From Octopus bimaculoides (taxonomy: Eukaryota): DNA of 64,000 nucleotides. This document shows, in pieces, positions 12,301 through 25,484 of the stretch. How positions within the stretch are numbered: position 1 is the first letter of the stretch; each line of letters starts with the position of its first letter. Both the position numbers and the translations under genes were made by a program. The notes under the pieces were generated by a model. It was not told the origin of the DNA. It did not search any database and was given only the letters and a program-made list of their open reading frames with translations. Where the stretch lies: assembly GCF_001194135.2 (NCBI RefSeq), contig NC_068995.1, positions 15,036,227-15,100,226 of the forward strand, given 5' to 3'.

Positions 12301-15300
12301 AGCATTTCATCTGTCATAACATTCTGAGTTCAAATGTTGCCAGAGTCGATTTTGCCATTCATCCTTTTGGGGTCAATAAAATAAGTACCAATTGAGCACT
12401 AGGATTGATGCAATCAACTTAGCCTCTCCCTGAAGTTGCTGGCCTCGTGCCAAAATTTGAAACCAGCTATTTTCATTTCAAAAAAACACACACAAAGAGA
12501 TACATGAAAATATCCATCTTTTCATGAATTTGTTATGGTTTCCTCATTTTCTGCTTATCTTTTTTACTTGCTTCGGTCATTGGACAGCAGGTTTGCCAGG
12601 GAACTGCCTTGAAGGGTTTCAGTCAAAACAAACTGACCCCAGTCTACCAAATCCACTCACAAGGGGTTGGTTGACTCAGAGCTATACCAGAAGTGTCCCA
12701 AGATGCTGCACAGTGGGACTGAACCTGAAACCACGCGGTTGCAAAATGAGCTGCTCAAACCTTTAGAGTTTAAACTGGCCATATACAGCCCAAAATGTTC
12801 TATCTGTTTTACGTTCAAACTGACCAGATCTGGCCACCTACCTAGTAATGTCATTCAAATCATAAACAATCACATCATCAAAATATCAAAGCTATGAGAT
12901 AATGCATGATCCATTCAAACCAATATGAATGAATAAGTATTGTAATTGACAGAGTAATTTGAGTGCTAAAGGGTTAAACACACGGCCAGGCCTGTTCCTA
13001 TATTTTTGTGTACTCAAATAGTTTTATTTACTTGATTTCAGAGCGTTTTTATTTTGATCTTGTCCTCTTCCAACAACGTGAAGGCTAGGTGGCTGTTCAG
13101 TAGACCTATTGCAGAATAAAATACGGTTCTTGCCTATCTGTCGGTTATTTAGTGCAAGAGTTTCTGGAAGCAAGACAAAAGAAAAGAAAGAAAGACTTAT
13201 GAAAAATGAAGTGATGAGAGAGCTTCTGGCTGGGGACTCAACCTGCTAGAAATAATAGCCAAATATCCTTTCAAATCTCTACCTACCATCATATATATGT
13301 GAAGGTATGAGTGTGCATGCATGCATATATACATACATATACATGCATGCATATATACATACATACAAACATACATACATACATACAAACATACATACAT
13401 ACATATATATATATATATACATATATTTATATACATGCATAAATAAAGACATACGTAAAAAAGAGGGGTTTTAAAAAGAATTCTTGATACAGGCACAATA
13501 TTTGAAGAAAGATTTTCTTTAATTTAAAACTATAAATTTTATGAAAGAAATCTTTAAAAAAAATACAGAATGACTTAAATTTTTTGGAAGAAGTGTTCAC
13601 AAAAAAGAAGCACTTTGAATGTTAGCAGCTTTTGAAGTGCATGTGTTATGGGATAATGTGTACAGCAAAAAAAGGTTGCTTCTTGTAGCAGTGTTGACTA
13701 TTTCTGGTTTAGAATTCCTAAAGAGTATTCTTCCTTTGCTTTACATAGTTTATCATTTTCTTCCTTTATTTTGAAAAAAAGGGAATATTTTGAATTTTTC
13801 ATTTGCGCATATTCTTTGATGTTCACCACATGGAACATTTCTAAAAGATAAACTTTTGACTTATGAACCCTAACCTGTCGTATTAAATTTTGATCCTGTT
13901 TCATCCCATTATTCTCATTGTGCTCTGGATATGCGATGCAGTAAATGAGGTTTTCTTTTGTTTTGCTATTCATGTTGTATTAATCTTTAATCCCTTCCTA
14001 TTCTTAAATCTTTTGGGTTTTTTCCCTGTTTTAATATATCATAATTTCTACAATAAAGTCTTCATATTTTTTTTTTACCTGCATTATTTCTTCTGATGTG
14101 AATTTCGCCTTTGTTAAGAGTCTTTTAAAATCTGGTGGTTGTCCTTAGCTATTGATAATTTGGGATTTTTTAAAATTATTTTCGGAGGTTTAATGATTAG
14201 TGCAGGATTGGAAGGCATTATTTGGCTGAATGTAAACTGTTATGGTTTTCAGGATTACAAATGACTACAAAATGAATATTTATGTTTTTACTTTTGTCTT
14301 TGCTCTCATTTACTAAATTTATTGGGTATTTTTATTTCTGAAGCAATATTTTTAGTTCACTCATTCATTTCTCTCATGAAATAAGAGACTCCTTACTTGA
14401 GTGAAAATCAGGTAAAGGTTAGTGTCAGTAAGAACATATAGCAATAAAACAAAACCTCAGTAACATATTCATCTAACTCATACTAGCATGGAAAAACAGA
14501 TTTAAGCCCAGATATCCTATCTGTTGTTTGTTCAAACTGGCCATATTGGACCTTTCACATCTACCCTACAATGTCATTCTAAAAATAAACATTTTGTACA
14601 TCAAAATTTTAATGCTACAAGATAATGCATGATTAATTCAAAACAAAATGAAAAAATAAACATTACATTTGACAGAGTAATTTGAATGCTAGAGGGTTAA
14701 AAATGAATGAATGCATGTATGTATGAACGATGGCTGTTTCATGGTTAACAGAATAAAAAGCTGTCAAAGAATAAAAGTGAAAATAGTTTTATACTTCTGG
14801 GAAGCAGCGTGTTATCTTCAAGTTCCTTTGTTAGATATTGGAAGTAATTTCTCTACAATTAACACAAAAAAAGAAGAAACAAATAAAATAAATTATTGAC
14901 AAAATTCCAAAAGTTATAGAATAGAGAATTATTTTGAAAAATAGTTTATTAGGTCGCTAATGTATTTATTTAACGAAGGTGTTCTTTTTGTCAGTCTTAT
15001 ACAAAATTCCAAGTGGAGGCGCAATGGCCCAGTGGTTAGGGCAGCAGCCTCGCGGTCACAGGATCGCGGTTTTGATTCCCAGACCGGGCATTGTGAGTGT
15101 TTATTGAGCAAAAACACCTAAAGCTCCACGAGGCTCCGGCAGGGGATGGTGGCAAACCCTGGTGTACTCTTTCACCACAACTTTCTCTCACTCTTACTTC
15201 CTGTTTCTGTTGTGCCTGTAATTCAAAGGGTCAGCCTTGTCACACTGTGTCACGCTGAATCTCCCCGAGAATTACTCTGTTGTCTTACATATCAATGGTG

Positions 15301-16029
15301 TTTTTATTGTTTTATAAACAAACTGTTTCAGAATAAAAGATAGATTCATGGGAATTCTAAAGATTTACATCTAAATATTACTCACACTGTCCTCCAATGA
15401 CAACTGTCTTGTAGTCTGAGACTTGCTAATATTCAAATCAGATGCCTTGGAATATTTAACTAACTGACTCTGGAAGAAAATATAAATTATTGTTAATAAA
15501 ACCTGCAAAGCCTTTAGAGATAATTTCCAACACAGAGTGTTCAACACATACATGTGACTCATCGTTTAATGCCTGTTGCCCATGCTGTCATGTGTCGGAA
15601 GCTTTGAACAGAGCTGGCAAGCTGGGGAGTGGCACCTGACTCTAGTCTGATTTGGCATGGTCTCGACTGTTGGATGCCCTTTCTTAACATCAACCACTTA
15701 CAGAGTGTGCTGGGTGCTTTTATGTGGTGTTGTTTGGGCACTTTTATGTGGTGTCACATGGTGCCACATGGGTGGTTTTACGTGGAACAATATGGGTGGT
15801 TTTACGTGGCACCACATGAGCGCTTTTACATAAGACTGCCATGAGTGATTTATGCCACCAGAGGGACTGCTGCGGAGTATGGGTCTTCTTGAGTATAGCA
15901 CGGTGCCAGGTATCTTGCCCCTTTGTCATCTTGCCTGAAAGGTTCAGTACCCTGAGGTCGATATAAGTATGTATCTACCTACCTCAACCCTTCCCTCCCT
16001 CAATCCCTACCTACTTACAGACCTATCTA

Positions 16030-16064
<35 letters not shown>

Positions 16065-19000
16065 ATTAATCTATCTGTCTATGTATGTATGTATATAAGT
16101 GCAGGCGTGGCCATGTGGTTAATAAGTTTGCTTCCCCACCATATGGCTTTTAGGTTCAGTCTCACTGTATAGCATTTTGGGCCACACAGTTGGACTGAAC
16201 TATAGTGTCATTCAATCTTCTATTATAACCCTGAACCAACCAAAACCTTGTGAGTGAATTTGGCAGAAGGAAACTGAAAGAATCCCATTGCACTAAACAG
16301 AATGCTTCATGTATTGTGTATTTAGGCTGAGTTGGATCCTTTTATGCTGAGGTGAATTTAGCCAATTGCTGTCTTAATAGATTGATAAAATAAGTACTAG
16401 ACATTACTAGAGTTGATACGAAAGAGAAAAACAGTTGAAGGTGGTACTCCATGATGGCCACAAACCAGTGATTGCAACCAGTAAAAGAAGAAGCAATGAT
16501 ATACCTACCAGTTCAGATTTTCTGATATCAGATTTACTATTCTGAAACAAAAGAATTGAAAGAGTTAAACAGAATAAAAACAAGATCAAGTAAGACAAGA
16601 CCCAACTAAACCTCTTTATGGTCTGTGTTCAAATCCTATCAAGATCAACATTGTCTTTCAATCTTCTGAGGAGGATGATAATGGTAGATTGATCGAATTG
16701 TTAGATCATTGCACTAAATGGTTTTGCATTTTTTGTTCTACCTCTTTACATTTTGAATGTGTTGGCATGATAAAAAGCACTGGTGATGGTGTCATGTAAA
16801 AATCACCATATATGGTGCCATATAAAAAGCACTGGTGAGGGTGTCACATAAAACGCACTGGTGACGGTGCAATGTAAAAAGCACAGGTGCTGGTGCCATG
16901 TAAAAAGTACAGGTGATGGTGCCATGTAAAAAGCACAGGTGCTGGTGACATGTAAAAAGCACCCAGTACACTCTGTAAAGTGGTTGGCATTAGGAAGGGC
17001 ATCCAACTGTAGAAACCAAGCCAAAACTGACTATGGAACCTGGTGCAGCTCCTGGCCTTGCCAGCTCATATCAAAGTGTCCAACCCATGCCAGCATGGTT
17101 TGACAAGTCTTCTCAAGCACAGCAGATCACCAAAGGTCTTGGTCGCAAGTCATTGCCTTTGTGAGGTTAAAAGTTCGAAGATCATGCTTCAACACCCCGT
17201 CCCATGTTTTCCTTGGTCTACCTCTATCACAGGTTCCCTCCACAGCTAGATATCAGCACTTCTTTACACAACTGTCCTCGTCCATATGCATCAGATGACC
17301 ATACCAGTGCAGTCGTTTCTCTTGCACACCATATCTTAATACCTCTTATGCCTAATTTTTCTCTCAAGATAGTTACATTCTGTTGAACATGCACACTGAC
17401 ATTGCACATCCAGCGAAGCAGACAGGCTTCATTCCTATCAAGCCTACACATGTCCTTGGCTGTTATAGCCCATGTCTCATTTAGCATGGTTTCTATGGCT
17501 GGATGGCCTTCCTAACACCAACTACTTTACAGAGTGTGCTACGTGACACCACACAGGTGCTTTTATGAGGTGCCGCATAGATGCCTTTATGTGGCACTGC
17601 CACGAATACTTTATACCACCAGAGGGACCGATCCTAAGACTTCTGCTGTGGAGTATGGGTCTTCTTGAGTACAGCAAGGTGCCTGCTATTTCGGTCCTTT
17701 GTCATCTTGCCTGAAAGGTTCAGCATCTTGAGGTCGTTCTTCAGTACTTCATCCCATGTCTTCCTTGGTCTCCTACTTCCACATGTTCCATCTACTTTGA
17801 GAGAACAGTGCTTTTTTATGGAGCTGTCAGCATTCATCAGTATCATATGACCAAACCAGCACAGTCCCCTCTCTAGCACACAGCAACTAATTCTTCTTAT
17901 GCCTAAGTTCTGTCTCAAAACACAAGCACTCTGTCGAACATGTAGACATACAAAACACATTACACATTCGGCAGAGCATACTAGTCATGTTCCTTTCTAA
18001 CCTTCATATCCATTCTAGCCTTCTGCATCCAGGCCCCACGTCTCAATACCATGTAGAATTGCTGTCCGTATACATGCATCATACAATCATCCTGAAGAAA
18101 CCTTTTGTGGCCAACAAAGGTAACAGCTCTTTGAATTTCCCCCCTCCTATTCTTATTCTAGCTATCACACTCTCCGTGCATCCACCCCCACTACTAATTT
18201 GGACCCCCAGCAGAAATTATCTACTACCTAGAATGAGCCACCAGGATATTTGAAAGAATCAATTTCCTGTGTCTCTAAAGTTTTTATTGATCCTGTGCAT
18301 CCTCCACATATGTAAACTATCTTCTCTGATAACCTTCCTATTAATCCACTGCACCACAGGGCTTGCACAAATTGAAGCTTCTGTTTCTGGTTTAAGATCA
18401 CTTTTCTGCATCCATAACCGCCTCTTCCATAATTAACTGATCCTCCTGTATTTGCTTTTACCCAAAGCCAGGAACTTTTCAGCACCCCTTGTGTATACAT
18501 ATATATGAGGGGATGCTGAAAAGTTCCTGGCTTTAACCCTTTAGCGTTTAAACAGGCCAAAATTGTCTTCCTGTTTTATACTCAAACCAGCCAGCTCTGA
18601 CCTCTCACACCTACCCTACAAAGTCATTCTAAAAATAAACAAGGACATCATCAAAATCTCAGAGTTACAAGATGCTGTACAATTAATTTAAAACAATGTA
18701 ATTAAACAGGCTTTACATTTGACAGAGTAATCTGAATGCTAAAGGGTTAAGGGTATCACGAAAGGTCTGCTTGGAGGTCGAACTGTCTGAGTTCTTTTAT
18801 AGGGCTCAGAAAAATTGTAAACCCTCTGATTGTGTGTATGTGTGTGTGTGTGTACGTAAATGAAGTTACCTTATTGCTTAACAGTTGTATATGGGAAGGA
18901 TGCTCGTCTGAATCTGAGCTGTCAGAACCATCACTGGAAAATACAGAGAAGTGATATATATTTATAACAAAAGAAAAAAACAACATAAAACAAACCATAA

Positions 19001-22000
19001 CAAAACAGTATACACAACACAAAACAAAAACATACACATACACACACAGAATGAGGGAGTCTCTATGTGACTGCTCAATCTGCAAGAAATAGCAGGCAAA
19101 TATCCATCAAAATGCATTTTTCACAAGAAATGAAGCTCTTATGAAAGAATGACAACATAAACCTTTCCAAAGAAACCTATCTTTAAAGGAATAAAAATTT
19201 TGGTAACTGTTAGGTTAATTTCAGTTGATTAGTTTGACGGAATCTAGTTTTACAGCTGGATGCATTTCCTGATGCTAACCCTTACCTCTAAGGAACATCT
19301 TATTTCACACGGCTTTGAAGTCACAACACCAGCAAATAATTGCTGATAATATCATTGCTTGTAACACAGCAATTTCCAGAGAAGTGCAAAATGTAAACAA
19401 ACTAACAAACACACACACATAGATGTACATGTATAATTGATGAGTTACTTTCGGTCTTTATCTACCAAATCTACTCACAAGGCTTTGGTCAATCCAGGCC
19501 TATATGAAAGAAACCCTCACCCAAGGTGCTGCGCTGTGGGACTGAACCCAAAACCACATGTCTGGGAGACAAACTTCTCAATGTTACTCATTCAGAAAAT
19601 GGTCAAAATGAAAACAGTGATTCCGCTAGATTCAGCAGTGAAAATATAATTTCTCTTTACTAAATAAATAAGAATAAAAGAATACCTAGATTCAAATAAC
19701 TTAGATCCTTCTTCTTCTTCTTCTTCTTCTCCTTCTTCCTCCTCCGCTTCTTCTTCATCTTCATCTTCATCTTCATCTTCTTCTTCCACGTCTTCGTCTT
19801 CGTCTTCATCCTCATCTTCGTCTTCATCCTCATCTTCGTCTTCGTCTTCAGATGTTGGCTGGTCTCCTGCACACAATCCCTTTTCTTCTTTCTTCAGTTC
19901 CTTCTTCAGTGTATTTTTAAGTTCGTCAAACAAACAGTTTATCTGCTAAGAAAACAAGAACAGAACATTGTTGAAATACGGGCAGAATACACCAAAACAG
20001 AGGATTCATTTCATTGGAATTTATGGCATTTAACTCCCAACCCTAGCTTTTTTGGTGCAAGTAGGGTTGTGTAGTTTAAGAAGTTTGCTTCCCAACTACA
20101 TAGTTTCAGGTTCAGTCCTACCGCATAGCACCTTGGGCAAGTGCCTAAGTGCCTTCTACAAAACCAGCCAAAGCCTTGTGAGGTTATTATCCCAAAGCTT
20201 GAAAATACAAGATGTCATCAGGTGTTGATGGTTTGACCATGGCACCCTAGACCAGAAATGGCTCAGAAATGAAATTTGCATAGGGGGTGCAAAACAAGGT
20301 TCAGAATTTTTTACAAACAAGGTTTTCTTGATTTTTTTTTTTTTTGCTCTTTGAGAAGAAACCTAACTTCAAGTTACTTTTCACAGATCACTTTTTACAC
20401 ACACTCACTCACACACACATACATACAGTGGAAAAATTAGGATAAACGCAAGTATATATTACTATTAGTTTGTATCAGAGAACCATGGGCAGTTTCTGGC
20501 AAGTTGACAGCAAAAGAGTTAGATGAAAAGAAGTGAAATTGCTTTTACCTGAAATTTATCTAAGTTGACATAATCAAGAAGAGTATGGAGGAAAGATACT
20601 CCCAGCATTTCATAATCGCGAGTGTTGAAGTGGAAGCCCCTTTTCTCTCCAATAGTAGAACCACAACAGGAAACCTGCTCAAAAAACAAAGAAACAAATC
20701 ATTGTTAGAATAATTACTATAGGTGACACAGACATGGCTAATGAGCTGGTATCAAAAGGTTCCCGGATTAGTTATGTTTAATAAAAAATAACTTAGTTAC
20801 CTAAGTTTTAACATTGTCTTCAAAATAGTCCCCTTGTGCAGCTATGCATTGATCCCAGTGTTCCCGCCAGTTTTGGAATCCGGCCTAGAAGTTGTTTTCT
20901 GTAAGTGAGTCAAAGACCTTCTGTGAGTTGTTCTGGGTCTCAACAATGACCTTTGAGCTGCATTTTCAACTTAGGGAAGAGATGGAAGTTCACAGGTGAT
21001 AAATCTGGTGAATAGGACAGGTGTGGAAATGATACCATGTTGTTATTGGTGAGAAACTCATGAGTGAGGAGAACTCAGTGACAGCATACATTGTCATCAG
21101 GAAGAATCCAATTCTTTGCATTCCACAGTTCCAGTCACTTTAGCCAAATGTCCTCCGTCAAATGCTTCAAAACATCACAGTAGAACTCTTGATTGATGGT
21201 CTGGCCCTGGGGGATGAATTCTTGATGCATAATACCACATTTCCGATGGGGTGATGCTTGTTGTAGGTATTCCAGGGATGCTCTTCTGCTTTTGAAGCAC
21301 CCATACCACTCGAAACCTTGTGTACAATCCATTGCCTCATCACCGTAAGTTTGCCAAAGCATGCTCAATGTCTCTGTAGCAGACTTCCCAAGTTTAAAGC
21401 AAAATTTGGCTCTTTGTTCTTGTCCATGACAAAATCACAGACTACAGCATACACATGACCACAAAAACACAAATTTCACAACTTGTGAAGTAAATAGAGA
21501 AATGTCACTCAGCACATTGCCTTACAAAGGTCACTGCTAGCTTTCACAGTGCACACAACCAAGTGCTGACACCTGTTGGTGTGCTACAAAACTAATCAGG
21601 GAACTTTTTGATACCACCTCATATGGTTAAGTGGTAGGTACAGGCCTATATACACTGAGTCACAAAAGAAATGTGAGATGTGTGTGACTGAAATATGTCT
21701 TAATTTCATTATTCTTTTACTCTTTTACTTGTTTCAGTCATTTGACTGCGGCCATGCTGGAGCACCACCCTTAGTCGAGCAAATCGACCCCAGGACTTAT
21801 TCTTTGGAAGCCTAGTACTTATTCTATCGGTCTCTTTTGCCGAATCGCTAAGTTACGGGGACGTAAACACACCAGCATTGGTTGTCAAGCGATGTTGGGG
21901 GGACAAACACAGACACACAAATATATATATATACATATACATATATATGACGGTCTTCTTTCAGTTTCCGTCTACCAAATCCACTCACAAGGCTTTGGTC

Positions 22001-23921
22001 GGCCCGAGGCTATAGTAGAAGACAGTTGCCCAAAGTGCCACGCACTGGGACTAAACCCGGAACCATGTGGTTGGTAAGCAAGCTACTTACCACACAGCCA
22101 CTCCTGCGCCTATGTTAGAGATAAATTTTGAATGATCTGATAAAGTCAATTTCTTGGATGCATTTTGACCACGGTCTATGGGTCATTGTCATGTGTTCTG
22201 GTAGTGGGCGGATCCAGCACATCGAGATTGTAGGGCGTGACATGTGCCTTCTTTCTGAATTTTACAAACCATCTTCTGCATGTTCTTTTATTCAGGCACT
22301 CTTCTCCATAAGCTGAGCAAATATTTTGAGTCACTTCAGCCGCAGAGATCCCTTTTTTTAAACTCATAAAGCATTATGTGCCCCAAATGCACCTTAGACA
22401 ATTCCATGTTTGAAGAGTTATAATTAGTGAAATTTCAATTAGATCTACCAGATCTAGTGATCATCTACAGACCATCTCTCTCATTAATAGATGGGTTTTG
22501 CTAAGTAAAAAAGAAAAAAAAATGTTTCTTATTTTATTTCTGCTTGAAATTTCAAGTAAATATTGTCAGTGAAGTGACATAAAATAGCTGGAATACAACA
22601 ACCTGAAGAACCAGTGAAAGAAGGAGCCTCTAAATGGTCGCTTGATCTGCTAGAAATAACAGCTAAATTTTCTCAAAAATCACATCCATTTATTTTACAA
22701 AAGGAAAGGACATGTCAGATAGTGTAGACCTAAATATTCATAAATTTATGGGATATTCAAGTCTGGAATTACCACATAATCATAGGCCTGTTCGATGAAG
22801 GCTGACCTGGGGTTAAACAACAACAACAACAACAACAGTAACATCAGTATCAGCATCAACAACAACAGTAGCAAAACAACAAGAGAGGTAAATGAAACAC
22901 TAGCCTCAAACGTAAAGCTGTTTTTGATGCCAAGTTTCCACATAATTACACGACTTGTGCGTTTTCTACTCCGTTGAACTTTAAATTTGCAAGAACTAAA
23001 CAGGAACTGCAACAAAGAAGAAAAGAGAAAAATAAATTCTACAGAAAGGTCTGTGCACAAAAACCAAAAGGACAACATAAGAGAAGAATGGATTTCATTG
23101 AATTTTCAAAGTTTCAAAGAACATATTTCATATATAGGACACCAGTGTGGATATGTGGCTTAGAAGTCTGCTTTCTATCTACGTGATTCCAGATTCAGTG
23201 CCACAGTGAGACATCATGGACAAATATGTCTTGGAGTATAGCTTCAGGTTAACAATATTGTGAGTGAAATTTGACAGATGGAAACTATTTAGAAGCCTCA
23301 TTTTATACAAATTATATTTACAAATATATATGTATCATCATTATCATTATTTAACATCCATTTTCCATGTTGACATGAGTTGGACAGTTTGATAGGAGCT
23401 GGCCAGTCAGAAAGCTGTCTGTTAATTAATTTGTAATCAAAATATTATCTTATTATTAAAGTAGCAAGCTGGCAGAATTATTAGCACACTAGGAAAAATG
23501 CTTAGTGGAATTTCATCCATTTTCATGTTCTGAGTTCAAATTCTACCAAGGTCAACTTTGCCTTTCATCCTTTCAAGGTCGATAAAATAAGTACCAATTA
23601 AACAATAAGGTCGATGTAATTGACTTGCCCCTCCCCACAAATTTCAGGCCTTCCGTCTTTAGTAGAAAGGGTTATTATTATTATTTATTTATTGCACACA
23701 GGGGGCTAAACATAGAGGGAGCAAACAAGGACAGACAAAGGGATTGAGTCGATTACATCGACTCCAGTGCGTAACTGGTACTTATTTAATTGACCCCGAA
23801 AGGATGAAAGGCAAAGTCGACCTCGGCGAAATTTGAACTCAGAACATAACAGCAGACGTAATACTGCTAAGCATTTCACCTGGTATGCTAACGATTCTGC
23901 TAGCTTGCTGCTCTTATTATC

Positions 23922-23974
<53 letters not shown>

Positions 23975-25429
23975 AAATCGCTGACGTGGCCGATGACAGT
24001 ACTGCCTGATTGGCACTTGTGCCAGTGGAATGTTAAAAGCACATCCAAATGTGGGGTGTAACCTGCCCACTTATGAGTACCCCTCATTCACTGGACAATG
24101 AACTTTGCTTGCGAAGACTTATTGAGGCAAGTGAAAACTAATCAAAACCGCTAACGTGGTTGATGACAGTACGGTCTGCTGGCACTAGTACCAGTGGAAT
24201 GTTGAAAGCATATCTGAGCGTGATCATTGCCAGAGTCACCCTACTGGTACATGGGAAACAACATTTGAGTGTGGTCGTTGCCAGTGCGGCCAGACTGGCT
24301 CCAGTGCAGGTAGCCCGTAAAAAAACCTTTTGAGCGTGGTCGTTGTCAGAACTGCCTGATTGGTCTTCATGCCGGTGTCACATAAAAACACCCACTACAC
24401 TCTCGGAGTGGTTAGCATAAGGAAGGACATCCAGCTGTAGAAACTTTGCCAGATCAGATTGAGCCTGGTGCAGCCTCAGGCTCACTAGTCCTCAGTCAAA
24501 CCGCCAACCCATGTCAGCATGGAAAGCAGATGTTAAACGCTGATGATGGATGTGATGATGATGATGATGCTAATGATGGTAATGGTGATGAAGACACTGA
24601 TGATGNNNNNNNNNNNNNNNNNNNNNNNNNNNNNNNNNNNNNNNNNNNNNNNNNNNNNNNNNNNNNNNNNNNNNNNNNNNNNNNNNNNNNNNNNNNNNNN
24701 NNNNNNNNNNNNNNNNNNNNNNNNNNNNNNNNNNNNNNNNNNNNNNNNNNNNNNNNNNNNNNNNNNNNNNNNNNNNNNNNNNNNNNNNNNNNNNNNNNNN
24801 NNNNNNNNNNNNNNNNNNNNNNNNNNNNNNNNNNNNNNNNNNNNNNNNNNNNNNNNNNNNNNNNNNNNNNNNNNNNNNNNNNNNNNNNNNNNNNNNNNNN
24901 NNNNNNNNNNNNNNNNNNNNNNNNNNNNNNNNNNNNNNNNNNNNNNNNNNNNNNNNNNNNNNNNNNNNNNNNNNNNNNNNNNNNNNNNNNNNNNNNNNNN
25001 NNNNNNNNNNNNNNNNNNNNNNNNNNNNNNNNNNNNNNNNNNNNNNNNNNNNNNNNNNNNNNNNNNNNNNNNNNNNNNNNNNNNNNNNNNNNNNNNNNNN
25101 NNNNNNNNNNNNNNNNNNNNNNNNNNNNNNNNNNNNNNNNNNNNNNNNNNNNNNNNNNNNNNNNNNNNNNNNNNNNNNNNNNNNNNNNNNNNNNNNNNNN
25201 NNNNNNNNNNNNNNNNNNNNNNNNNNNNNNNNNNNNNNNNNNNNNNNNNNNNNNNNNNNNNNNNNNNNNNNNNNNNNNNNNNNNNNNNNNNNNNNNNNNN
25301 NNNNNNNNNNNNNNNNNNNNNNNNNNNNNNNNNNNNNNNNNNNNNNNNNNNNNNNNNNNNNNNNNNNNNNNNNNNNNNNNNNNNNNNNNNNNNNNNNNNN
25401 NNNNNNNNNNNNNNNNNNNNNNNNNNNNN

Positions 25430-25484
<55 letters not shown>

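Noticed and set aside
16785-16960. CRISPR-like periodic repeats (also 27085-27340)
   Set aside because: Eukaryotic tandem units without unique spacers or cas genes.
22974-23186. + strand Lys-rich ORF
   Set aside because: Overlaps a real minus-strand AGBL exon and its polypyrimidine tract.
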